Shown: piece by piece, positions 50,901 to 64,000 of the stretch
Position numbering within the stretch: the first letter of the stretch is position 1
Layout: each line of letters opens with the position of its first letter
NCBI GenBank assembly: GCA_051362555.1
Contig: CM120640.1
Location: 34,491,967-34,555,966 of the forward strand
Length of the DNA stretch: 64,000 nucleotides
Source of the DNA: Lingula anatina
Taxonomy: Eukaryota; Animalia; Brachiopoda
Direction of reading: 5' to 3'
Notes under the pieces: model-generated
What the model was told of the DNA's origin: nothing
The model's database searches: none
The model's input: the letters and a program-made list of their open reading frames with translations, nothing else
Translations under genes and position numbers: made by a program

Positions 50901-53900
50901 GAATGATGGCCTTGCATAAGAATGCACAAGAATATCCTAAGAATGCAAATGGAAATACCAATCAGAAACATTTGGTCCAGGAACAGGAAAGCAATTCTGA
51001 TAAGTATTCTAGTCAAGAGTGAACTTCTCTGCTGTGGAAAGGGGCATTGGCATCTTTGTCATAAATATGACCAATATTATATCACAAGGATGTTATAACT
51101 TTCTTGTTGTTTTTATTGATAAATTCCATTCCCTTAATTTACCAACAATGATTAGATTACCCCCCTCCCCCCCCAAAAAAAAAATAAAATAATAAAATAA
51201 ATTCAAAGAATAATTACAGCAATTTAATTTGTTTCTGCATTTAAATAAGATTGTGCTCTCTCAATTTTCCGACTTAATAAATACAATCATTAAGTTCCAT
51301 GAATGATGTATCCAGCACCAATAACATAATTTTTGCTACTCCAGTACGGCAGTTGAGTGACCAAGTGAACAAACACCAAGTAATTAGATGATCACACTTC
51401 AGTTGTTTTTTCCCCCCATACCAAGGTATTTAGATTTTGTTTTCATAGCTTTGCTCTGATCAATGACATGTGCATTCACCTAAAAACATTATCTAGTCAA
51501 CCTTATTCAATTCAATGAAGAAGAAACTTCATCAGAAAGGAAGAGTGAATTCATGGATTAACTATCTCACCCTTGACTGTATACCTTAAGCCAATGAAAA
51601 CACTTGTATAGGCTCTCTGTGCTTCAAAGCATTTTCAAAATTGGAGAAAAATTGTTGTGTCATGCCAGTGAGAGGACCCACATTTCACTGCTTTCATTAG
51701 AAGACTTAAGGGAAATTTGCATAAAGACAGGTGGCGCCACCTGAGATTAATTCAAATGACACAATGTATGTTTCCACCTGCAAGAATGAATAAGTCTGAC
51801 ACCTTACTTCTTTTATATAACAAAGCATGGATGCAATGCCCATTTTTGAATTGCACAATGGATTTTCCTAATTTTAATACCAAATCTTCCTCTGCAACTG
51901 GTATCTGTAGGACTGGGGTCCACATAATAATATACGCTTTAACATGCACAGCCCAACTGAACATGTAATGTGCAATAAACTTTTTTTTTGCAAAGTGGTG
52001 TATCATCATTCTGACAATGTCATATCATATATCTAATTACGATAGTGTAACATCCCACATGCCTCCCACACAATAACCACAAGGATAATTAGACCTTGAG
52101 GCGTGATCTACGAAACATTCTTAAGTGTGTGTAGAGGCAGGCACACGGAAATGATGGTAGAGATAATAAGAGGGAAACGGTGATCATCACACAGTTGTTT
52201 ATGAATGGGGACTAGATTTAAAAATAATCTATTATTAAATTGTAACATAATGGTACATTCAATTTGTAGGGAGGAATTGTTGCTGTCACAATATGTTTAC
52301 ATAGCTGTTTTTAAAGGGAAAACACTGAGTGATCATCACACACTTATTTATGAATGAAGACTGAATGAAGTGCAGCTTTGGCACAACAAATAATATGTTG
52401 ACTTGAATTAAATCACTGGTTTCTCAGTGTGTCTGGTTTCTGACTCTCGCCCAAAAGTCGGTTTAGGTCTAATCTCTTGTCTGAATGCACAGTTCTGGGA
52501 AGAAATGAAGATATATAAACTACAACTATTCCCACATTCTTAGCAGTACACCAGGGCCATATTTCTTACTATCCCAACAAGATTTTTTCCATAGCATTCA
52601 GCTGGCATATATTTTACCCATCTCATCAGCCTCGTACTTGGTACATTTCTGAAATAGCTAGATCTGCTCCTTGTTGCCTCAGGTACTGGTTCACACCTAC
52701 TATGTAGCAGCAAATGAAGAAAGGAAATCACCTTCAGGTCCACCACCCAACTTGATGAGAAATCTTTCATTCAAAATACAGTGTGATTAACGTTGGAGAA
52801 ATGGACTTTTCTCAAAGCAATATTTACGTTGCCTCAATAAACAAAATTTCAAAATTAAGAATAATGTTCTCTTATCACATGGCTGTCACCTAAATAAAAC
52901 AAAAGGGAAAGGCAAAAGATTTTTTATAATACAAGGTTGCAATCCTATTTTTCTAGAGAAAGTCATTGATGAATGTCCTTCAAAACAATCCAAACCATCA
53001 CTTCTCACCTTTTTCACAATTTTAGGAAGAAATCCTGAAGTCTGATTCAACCATATAATAAATGATGTTTAAATTTGTTAAGTGTAATAAAAAAATGAAA
53101 CAATCAAAATTTGTTCTTTATCCCTTGGGCTTTTCTTCAACTGTTGTCAGTTCTTGACATATAATTGCTACCAAAATAGCTGATATTCAAGCACTCTTAC
53201 ACCAAAGTACATGACAATTTAGTGAACTCAGCAGTTTTCATTAACCCTGATTAGTTACATAAAACCAATATTTTTCTTCAATTTCTCAAAACTAGAGAAA
53301 AAACAAACTGTATATCCCTATGATGCTGTCTGTAAAAGTACAGTTATCGGATCCACCCGACTCAGGAAATCAGAGGCAATAAACACAAACGGCAGGTCCA
53401 CATTTCCATAGAACGAGGTGGAGACATGGGTGGTCCTTCCTGTTTCTGCAGATTATTTTTACCACAGGTGTGATATTGAATATATATATAACCAGACCTG
53501 CGCTCACCCTGAATTCAAAGTGTCACTGCATTAATCTCTCCATATTCATAAGTTTCACGGTGTATCGCTGAATACGCTCTGCACAACCTAGGTTTCAGAG
53601 CATAAAAAAGTAAACAGTCCTGAATTAGAAAATGCACAAAGAGCAAAGGGGGAAAAAAAAGAAAGAAAAAGAATAGAAGCCAAACCAATTTTCTTGGGAA
53701 TACACTGAACAGTTTCATAGTCTATCACCTTGTTTTAAAATAGACAATAAAGGCTATCAACAGCGAAAGAAAAAGAAAATTTATTGCACTTGGGTGCACC
53801 AAAAGTAAAAATAGAGAAAAAAAAGCACCTGCTTCACAAGAGATATTTTCTTTTTTTTTTCTTTTATATTTCATAAGCTACCATTGCCAGGAAATTAGCA

Positions 53901-55185
53901 ACACCTCTTTCTACAAGTGACATCTCAAAGGAGCACAATAGGAAAGCAGCGACCATATCAGAATCAAGGAGTCAACAATTTGCACAGCCATTTCCATTGC
54001 CATCTCACACAGCAAGCTGGAAATTAAACATTGTGGTAAATTGATAATCTCCTCTGGAGTGAAAATTGAATTCTTCAGGAATGTAATAAAAATAAAGTTG
54101 GGGAGGAAGATTTCATTAAGACCTAAACTGGCATGACATTTTTATCTTTGCCAAATCAATTACTGGTCCAGCCTGTCTCTTTACCCTTGCTTTCCCTTAC
54201 CCAACATAGCAACTTCATTTTCCAAATAAGAGAAATCAATTTGTTGCTTCTGCTTCACAGAAGCAGTAGATATTCAAATAGATCAAGACTAAACCTAATA
54301 AATAAGAGAATTAGTTTAAAACTAAAATTGCGTTCTTTTAATTGGTATTGGAGAAACCTGTCAGTTCTGAAATACTATGGGTGCTTTGGGCTGCGATTTC
54401 AATGAGATAATGCCAACTTAAATTTGTCTGCAGGTCTAATTCTGTTTTTTATTACAGGTTGTCTGGCGTAATTCTATGAACTTACACGCCTCAGATGTCT
54501 GAAAAGCAATCATTTGCCAGTGCCATCCCATAAGTGCTTTAAATTGATGCCTATTGCATTTTTGGTTGCTTTCGAAATCTTTCTGCCTTTGTAGTGGGAA
54601 ACTGAGTTTACCAAGGGAAACAAACAGTCAGATTTGAAAAGTCGCAATTAAATGCAAGTTGACACACTTGTCTTTCAGAAATAAAAACACACTGATGATT
54701 TTTATGGATTGGTCAAATATCATTGATTCGCAAGGCCTCCAGAAGTCTGACTATTGCTTTAAATATGAAATTGATTCCATCTAGAGGACATTTTCTTACT
54801 CTTTCATGTTTCCCCAATCTATTTGCCAATCCATCTCTCTACAATCACAGTATATAATGATCAGCTGCATCCAGTTTCACTTCTCTGCCAAGAGATGGAA
54901 GTATCCCATCTATCAAGGTGTGAGTCTACTGCTAAAATGTATCATACATGACTGGAACTTCACAGCACAACCTATTAGTAAGAATACTTCTTAAGTTTAT
55001 TAATATGATCAGTAACCTGCAACGAAAACCCAAGAGCCCCCCCCCCTTCAAAAAAAAAAAAAAAAAAAGATATGGCTCCAACAGCAATTTCATCAGAAAT
55101 AAGAAATTCAAAGACTTTCTGACTATAAAGATTCAAAACCCACCCCATTTTTAACTGAAATCCCCATACATAACACTGAACCTAC

Positions 55186-55368
55186 TTGTAGAAAATGGCC
55201 TACGTAATCCTCTCCATGAATCTTTACGAACTGTCGCACAGTTTCTATCCCTTGTAACTGATATTCCACAGGGTACTGTCTAAGTCCATTCGACTTGGGG
55301 GAATGGTGATTAGTCTTGCCCCCTCCATATTCAGGGTAATCCTGATAGTAACGTTCAATCTCGCCCAT
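55186..55368 (-). CDS. Liprin-alpha: Candidate alternative first coding exon of liprin-alpha
   Basis: caaaATGG start context; 61 open codons MGEIERYYQDYPEYGGGK...HGEDYVGHFLQ ending at CAA|gtaggt, phase 0, compatible with the 45382 acceptor. Confidence 0.6.
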
Positions 55369-58300
55369 TTTGAGAGGCCTTCTATTGAATAGTTACAGAC
55401 AATACTGTTTCACAAAAGTAGTCTCCTTATATGCTGTCTTCTATGAAATATAATATACTCCACAACTTTCCTCATATTTTCTAACAGTAATACAGAAGTT
55501 AAATTTCCAAATGTTGTTCCCTTCAGAAAGGTACTTCATATAATCCACTGTTTTTATAAAAATCCTGGACAAAAACTGAATCTAAATACCACTGACGTAA
55601 TCCTTATTCAAAATTCCTTGAAACATGCCAGGTAAAATAATTCTAGACAACTTTGAACCCATGATCTGACAGCATTCAATATGGATAGCTCAAGTTTCTG
55701 CTTTCCATTTAAAATCACAAAGCAGCGTTATCTATATTTTATACCTGACATTTTACAGAGGAAAAATAAATCCAGTTCAACCTTTCCGCTGACTTGTGTA
55801 TGTGCAAACTAGTTCCCAGAGACCTGGGAAACATGTTCTCCACATGTCTCACCAGGCTAGAACGTCTTGCTCATCAACTCAATCCTTTTTTTCTTCTCAA
55901 GCAGAGAACTTTCTCCCTATAAAACAACCCTCGGTTTGATCTCTGCTGCCAAGCTGATCTCCCGACTCCGACTTCCTAGCTGTGGCTCAGCCAGCCGGCG
56001 AGCATAAACAACAACCTCCTTCCACCAATGACAGGTCCCAATAAACAGTTCATCATATAAATGGTAGTAGTCGTCTCCCTATTCTGCCACTTACTTGTAT
56101 CCACTAATCAATAGCCAGATCTTTATCCCCGCATTCTGATAGATATGATGCTAGCAACTGGAACAATATCAGCCCTGAACCATCAGTCAAAACAGCCAGA
56201 CTTGTGCAGAAAAAGATCCAGAGAAAAATCTGATAAGGGGGGAAGAGACAGGAACGCCACTGTCATCTCTCTGTGCATCTCCCATCTCTCTCAATCTCTC
56301 CCTTGTTGATCAGTGACAGCGAAGGCTGAATCTCAGTTTTGCTTGTCAGTCTAATCTAGCCTCCTCGTTGGTTACCGGCTAATTATACTGTGGCAGTGGG
56401 CATGCACCGACTGCATGCATTACACACTACAGGTGCTCGAATCTCATCAATACAATGCCGGCTGTAGAGCGAGGTGTATGGAAGTATCAGCTCACAAAAC
56501 AGTCAATATCTCCAGTCCAGAAAAGAAGCACTAACCCAGCCTGGTGTGAATGAATATGAAATAAGAGCAGGTGCCTTGTTTAAACATTAAACAATTCCTG
56601 TGGTACTAGAATAACACAGCCCTAGGAGTTGGGTTTGAGGAGGTTTTTCGCCATTAGACACAAGTTCCAGGCTATGGGAGTTTCTTCTCTTGGGATTAGT
56701 GCCCCACCCCCTCGATATAAGTAGGCACTTTATGCCATGATTTGCTGACATGTAATAACAATATTATGTACTAATTGGCATCACCGTGTGTCAATCCCAG
56801 GCTTTATAACAATTAAAGGTATCCTATCTGAGATTTTGCAGCAAAATATTTCATGAAAAAAAATTTCAAGAATCATTGCCCAATTTGTTCCTGCACTTGG
56901 ATTCAATATTTTACATCAGTTTAAATTTAAGTTCTAAATGACTGGCCAGTCACTTAGACCGCCATGTCTTCTTTTCGTTTCAAATGGAAAAATAAACAGC
57001 AGATACTTTTATTTGAGGGACTTTATCATTTTAAGGTCCGAATTGAAAAGATTAGCAACTTAGATTAGGACATACAGACATGGAAATTCTAACTTTGGGA
57101 CATTTTCAAATGTATAGTATACAATATACCTCTATTTTAAAATCCGTTTCTTCAATGTCAACTGCCATCTGGTCAGTCAGGCAATTCCCACTGTCCACTA
57201 GAACTATGGTCAAAAGTCATCAACACCAGTAATATCACAGTCTACTTCTTAAATGACCATTTGATCAGATCTGTTTCTTCTGTCACTATCTAATACATCT
57301 TATCAAGTCTTCTGCAGCCATCTACCTTGAGGCTTATGAATTTTAATCATATATATAAAATATATCACTTTTTTTTTCTGTCTGAGAGCAACCACATCCT
57401 CTTTCCTTTACCAGGTTTAGTGGTTTAAGCTGATAAGTATTGGGGCCAGTGTGGTACGGTCATGACTAGATCTTTTCAATAAGAATAAAATTATCTTTCA
57501 GATACATATTTTTGAAATCATAAAATACATTTATTTATTTATTTATTTTTTTTTTTTTTTTGTGTGTGTGTGTGTAGCATTTGTGGTGCTTTTACTGCAC
57601 AGAACGTAAAATACAGGGAAGCTTGCTTTTCAGTTCTGTTGTTACCACTCTAATTCCACTTTCGAGAATTTCTGTCTTAAAATATACAGTACCTGTAACA
57701 TTCCCAATATTCCACCATTGAAAAGATCCGAGTCATTACCGTAATTGCACGTCCACAAAAAAAACTTAACCACACTAGCTGCAGCGCATGTTCTCCCACT
57801 TTTCTTTTCTAAAGTTCTTTAAGGTCGTGTCACCTAAGTTTTCTTTGTTTGTTTAAAACAAGAAGCTATTTGTACCAAAATCAATGCTTGGCTAAAAATA
57901 GTCAATTTTTTCAATACTTCGCTTTCTTTTTTAAGTCAAAACAATTAACGGTAGCAAATGGTAAATACCCTTAACCTGGTTTTATTGGAGCATTGTTGCT
58001 TATTAACCACTCTTAAAACAACCAGAACAATTACACAAATAAAATACATATTTAGCAACCAGACTTTCTGATGGCTATCCACTTCCCATTAGGACTTCTG
58101 CCAAATGATACTGTACTTCTAATCAGTCATTTGATGCTTGTTAATTGCCATAATTCATAATTTTTGTACTCAGTAATTGCCATCAATAGACTATTTATCT
58201 GATAGTCAGTTTAGAGGTCACCGATTAAAAAAATTGACAGCAATATTAAGATAAACATGGCAATAATGGTGACCACCCACTGAATAGGCATGTCCTTAAT

Positions 58301-61300
58301 ATTGATATCTGAGTCATGCAAGAAGGCTTAAACATAAACTATTAGGCATAAAACAGTGCGATACATGTACTGAATCATATGCATCATGCATACATTTATG
58401 AGGCTAAATGCATATAATTGTTCTACCACACCAAACATTCTAGACATGCATGTGGGCCTGGATATTGAAAATCATTAAAATTACACCCTTAAACAAAACA
58501 TACATATAGCTTCATCATCATGGGAAATATTCTTTACTTTTTCCTCTTCTTCCCCCTTGTTCTTTTATTTCTTCTTTTCTTTCTCTTTCTCTCTTGCAGT
58601 TAATGTATATATCTAATTTCACTTCCACAAAATTTCTGTTTCCCGCTGAGCAGCAATGTCTTGTAATGGTCTCTGACATTGCACTAGAGAAGACAACTAG
58701 CACTCTGCTGTAATTGTGCTTGCTTGCGTTAGAGAAGATCCAAAAGGTACCATGTTGAGATTGAGCACAATGGTCAACACAGAATACAGACATCTTATCA
58801 ACATAATTCTTAGCTCATGTTCACCAATATATGGGATGAGAAAAGAAACAGATCGACACAACAGAAATAAATAATAATTTTAACTTCCGCAAAAAGTACA
58901 TATCCATAACACCAGGGTAAACTTCACAAAAGCTTAACAAAGATGATGCCTATCAAGTCACATCCACACTCGAAAAAAGTATAACGAAATATCCGCCATA
59001 CATAGGCATTTTCATTATTTATGTGTTCAATTATCCATCAAGTGTAACAAAACATAAAATATATCTCTCCCTAGTCCACAGCCGAGCTGGTTGCTAATCA
59101 ATAGCCACCAAGAGAACCATTATGTAAGGTCTGTATCAGATATAGACTCCCTCCCTCTGGTCCATGTGATCAATATACAAGGGAAAGACCGAGTGGAATA
59201 CAATTACAGAGTATTGACCACACATGTATTTGTACCAGAAATGACCTTGTGCAAATAATATCTTTCTACCAGACAAGTTTGTCCTTACTCTGACAAAACA
59301 ATGGACACCACTCAAAGAATTAATAATAAAGCCTGGTCTCTAACGGGGTTGTCCAGCTGCGGTGACTGACCTGGCATTCTGGCCATACTTCTCAGTCCAC
59401 TGACCAGTACTGACCAGTATTTTCCCCTGTTAATAGTGTGGTCAGACAGCTGGGATGTGATAGCCTGTGGTCACTAATCATACATATAGAGTGACCACAT
59501 TTTCCCATTAAATAACCAATTCTTAATGTTCTTATAAACAAAGATGTATCAAAAGAGTATCTAACATAAGACCTCTTTATTTAATGTAAGCATGGTTCAA
59601 CACTGCCAAGCAGGTAAAAAAAAAAAAGAGAGTTGCTTATTTTGCATAACAACCACATGGAAAACACATGCTCTTAGGTATGAACTGATTACACCTCTGC
59701 ATTTAATGTCTTCATTATCAGAAGTGCCAAGCAGGCTGAATCAGCAAAAGTCAAAGACCCTGCATTAGGCCTGGTAGGAATTGATCAACATTACATGTTC
59801 ATTTTATGCCTTTTTTTACTTTGTAACTGACAGGCTTATAGCCTAGGTTTCTTCCACAATAATCTGTACTCAATAATCTGTACCACTGAAGTATCTCAGG
59901 GAACATGGTCAATTTCTTTAAAATGCATATGATCTGTTCTCATTCTCCTCCCTCCCCCGAAAACGAAAAATCTGAGAATATGGTCAACTTCATTAAAATG
60001 CTTATTCACAGAAACATGTTAAAGAATGTTAAACCCACATTCTTACACATTGACTCACATAAAAATCACACTTATTTTCTTTTTTGAGTCCATGGTTCAA
60101 ACTGCTTTATGTTGTGTTCTTTTAAGCACAATCTAACATTTAGTATAAACTGAGATAAATGACAAAAGCTAGGATACATTATCATTTAAAGGAATATTTC
60201 AATTGATATTTGCAGAGATATGTGTTTGGTTCTGTCTTTAAAATAACTTCAAATGATCAAAACGATGGGCGTTACCAGTAAAAGGCATTTCTCGAGTCTG
60301 CAGTTCCACTTGGACTAAAACAAAGATAATTCCTTCACATGCCTAGTTCTTAAAACCAGAAAGAGGGATTAGCCAAGGGCTCAAAATAATATGCAACAAT
60401 CAAATTAGTAGGGGATAAAATGAATATGCATGCAATGTAATACCTTGTAAACAAATTCTGACAGTGGAACCCATGGTGTTCTTCATAAAATGAGCCATGT
60501 ATGTTTACACAAGCAAAATAAAATGCCTCTAAATCGGTTCATTATTAAGAAAATCATTCTCAGTGAGCAAATGCAGATGTATGTTGAATAATATTATAGG
60601 GGATAGGAATTCAACTTTAAATGTTGGTTGGAGCATACCAATGGTAATCAGCACCTGCTCAATCACAATTACTGCAGATAAAACGGAACAATTTAGAGTC
60701 GTCTAGAATCTAAGGAGTGTGAACGCATTTTGAAACCAGTATGGAGATTCCTAATATTCCCTTTTCTCTCTGTGCTTAGTCTTAGTTAAAGTATAGATTT
60801 TCAGCTATGCAACAGCACCAAGAATAATACAAGCCTAGATACCTATTGATCAGTGCCAAGATTTGAAATTTAATGATGGCCAAAGGAATTAAGAAACATC
60901 CATATTTTAATGAATTTATAGAATGGACCAATGTGGTAATTAACTCTGGGCTGGGAAGAGGAATCAATACCAGGGCGAAGAGAGAGAACAGGAAAGGCTG
61001 TTTGGAGAATATCAAATATGCAGTGCAATAAGACAGGAATTCATTTCCTCGCCGTTTTTCATTGTAACAATGCCATATTTCAGTATTAGCAAGAACACTG
61101 AAAAATCAGCCCATTCTTTCCTCATATCCCCCAAGAATAATGGTGGTGTTTAGAAATTATTTCCTAACACACCATATTAGAGTGAGAATGGCTTTCCGAT
61201 GCAGTAATCAAAGTCTATGGGTGCACTATTACAAATCGAAAAAAAAAAATTTTTTTTGTTCTTATGCAGTAACAAGAACTAAAGTATAAGCCACATGCTT

Positions 61301-62540
61301 AAATATATTCAGGGTTGTGGTTGGTTAACTCTGAATTCAACCAATGAGATTGGCATTTTTGCCAAGAATTGCTCATAACAATTACCATTTATTCAATTAA
61401 GATCAATCCCCATTGGTCTTCCTACAATCACTGCAATGAACAAAACTTCCTGCTTGCATTTCATGATCGGGTAGTAAAAATAACTAGCTTTCAGTACTTC
61501 ACTTATCTCTGTATTTCAGTTTCCAGGACATTTCTATTCTCTTTATTTTCCAAAAAAACTACCACAGCTAAATAAAAATAAAAAAACAACATCAAAGAAT
61601 CCCTTTGTTTTATCAGTCTTTAGAAAAGGAAGTGAGCATCTGGCAAAGGTGACAAAAGACCACTTATTTCATTCACCTTTGCCTTTATATATAGCATGTA
61701 TTACAGTCATTTATATCACAGCCTAGTTGTGATGCATCAACTTAGGTTGACACTTATATATAGGACAATTCAAGAGGAAGAATTTATATGTACACAGTCA
61801 TAAATAAATAAAATCTTTCTTTTCTTTTCTTTTTTTTTTTTTTTTGTTGCACACACATACACATTCATATTCATGTATCATTTTATTTATAACAACATCA
61901 TCATTTACAATGATCCTAAAGGACCCATAGTAAAGAATATCTTCAAAGTAAAAACATTTATTTCTAACTTGATTATATTCAACCTGTATACCTTCCATTA
62001 AGTGACAAATACTTCAAGTGCATTACAAGTTTACAATATTAAATAAAGTTGAATTCAAATAATACAACAGCCCCTCTTGTTATTTTTTTAAACCTTAGAA
62101 GCTATCTTAGAAGCAAAATTATCTAAAACTGCATATTCAAACCATAAAATGCTGATCAATTACATAATTGTCTACGTATAGCTTCTATATATATTAAAAA
62201 ACAACAAACTTGCTTTTACTACTAATTCCAATATGGGGGTAACATCCCTGATGGCCTCACTGCTGACAGTGACAATGTCATTTATATCAGTTTAAAATGG
62301 ATGACCTTGCCTTTGGTGGATACTGCTGAGAGGAAACCATTGATTTCCACACATTTCTGTATCTAGGGCCTTCATATCATAACACGGGGGCCCCCAGTGA
62401 CCAGAGAGGACTGTGTAAAGGCAGTGCTTGGTATGGGAATGCAGAAAAAGTACACAAGTCCTATAAAACAGAGGATGGCTCATCCTCAGATTAATTATTG
62501 ACTCAAAGTTCTCCAGCCTTGCAAGCCTCAGAAGGCTTTT

Positions 62541-62542
<2 letters not shown>

Positions 62543-62589
<47 letters not shown>
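62543..62589. repeat. Poly-A tract
   Basis: Long A run; similar runs near 18882, 31975 and 32628. Confidence 0.9.
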
Positions 62590-62591
<2 letters not shown>

Positions 62592-63297
62592 TCACTTTTA
62601 AGTCACTGCATGACAATATTTAGTAAGATGGGTATCATTTTCTTCTTGAACCCATTACGCACACACAAACATATAACAGAAGCAAGTTTTTTTTTTCTTA
62701 CATGCTAACCTGGCTCCCTGAAAGCTCTGCAAGCAGAAACACTGCAAAATTTGCCAAGTACTTCCAATCTAGGTTTTGAATACTGACCACCTCACCCACC
62801 CCAAAAACTTTATTTGCTTTTTATTTTACCTACATATTGAGCGACCCAAAATTTCCAGTTTGTTTGTCTGTAAACTTGGCCATAAACTATGTACCCAGAG
62901 GCATTCAGCTGGTTATTTGTTCTGTATACTACGATATCGATTTGTGTATTGTCTCTATACCACAAATAACTCTACAATTGCATGTTCTTGTAATTACGCA
63001 GATTATTACTTACAGAACACTAGGAACAATGTCTCCATTCTAAGAATTACACATTTCATCACTTATTGGAAGACTGAAGAAAAATGTTTCAATGTGAAGA
63101 ATAATTTATAACAAAATAATTTGTGAATAACAAATACATATGCACTCCTTCCTTTACGTACAAATGTTAATTGGCTGGATTCTTTTCTAAAACACAGACT
63201 ATCTACTGGCTAGTGTTTAACACCCTGTACACTATACCCGATAACTCACACTACTTTCTGTCACACATGCTCCTCATTTATATGCCACCTCACTCAC

Positions 63298-63571
63298 GAG
63301 CTGATGGATGCACATGCACAGGGCTGTGCCTCGAACATGCTTATTCCCACATATGCGATAACATGCTATCTCGTTTATTAGCTGGTGAATGCACATGCTA
63401 AGGTCTGCACCTCAGATACATTTCCACATGTATATGCAATAACATGCAGCCTAGCTAATGAGCTGATGAATGCACATGCATAGGCCTGCACCTCGAACAC
63501 ACATATTCCCACATATGCAATAACATGCAATCTCCCTCATGAGTTGATAAAATGCACATGCATAGAGCTGC
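63298..63571. repeat. ~81-bp minisatellite, about 3.4 copies
   Basis: gagctgatg(g/a)atgcacatgca...ctgcacctcgaaca...ttcccacatatgcaataacatgc units starting near 63298, 63379, 63460 and 63541. Confidence 0.85.
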
Positions 63572-64000
63572 TCATCTCACTAGCCTCTGATACTACCTAC
63601 TGCATGTGTTTCCTGTCTCATGTACTTGCATACGCACAAAGCCTACTAATGTCCACCCCACACACACCACCTCACACCCCACCTAACAGTTAAAGATGCA
63701 CACATATCCCCTCATACATGTCTCTGCAAGATCTTCTTGAACAATCAAGATGGGTTGATCAGTTTATGGCTACATTCAGAGAAGACAAACCCACCACGGC
63801 GCCAGAAAAGAGAAATTGTAGTTAACAAAGTAAAATCCCAAGGATCATAACTGTCAAGTAATTGCCTGCATTTCAATAGGATGCCTATGCACACACAGTG
63901 ACATTCAACCCACTGATTAATTAATTTGGTCAACGAATGTTTTGCTGTTACCATGTGTTAACCAAAATTGGACTACAGTTTAATAAATATCCTGAGACCC

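Noticed and set aside
57463-57472. tgactagatc resembling miR-279
   Set aside because: The match does not extend and no precursor hairpin is evident.
61714-61735. tatcacagcc... resembling the miR-2 family 5' end
   Set aside because: Only about 10 nt match and there is no complementary 5' arm upstream to form a precursor.

Overview
AT-rich animal genomic DNA with GT-AG introns and (CA)n microsatellites; a non-vertebrate bilaterian, plausibly a lophotrochozoan (inference). Two convergent spliced genes are present. On +, the last two coding exons (3537-3621, 6048-6157) of a diphosphoinositol-polyphosphate phosphohydrolase (DIPP; NUDT3/NUDT4/Aps family) Nudix gene. On -, most of a liprin-alpha gene: 24 phase-compatible exons from 45382 to 9913 (about 1132 aa by hand count; coiled coils plus three SAM domains). 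Its canonical N-terminal exons were not found and probably lie beyond 64000. The last DIPP intron holds a 5'-truncated, frameshifted Penelope-like retroelement (RT YVDD + GIY-YIG) bracketed by inverted ~157-bp pseudo-LTRs. One of these retains a minimal hammerhead-ribozyme-like motif with a compensatory G3-C8 core, oriented sense to the host pre-mRNA. The liprin introns contain candidate alternative first exons, in-frame microexons, a stop-containing cassette exon next to a TGCATG cluster, several PIF/Harbinger-like MITEs and minisatellites. Most ORF-track entries are spurious. All calls were made by eye, without database searches.
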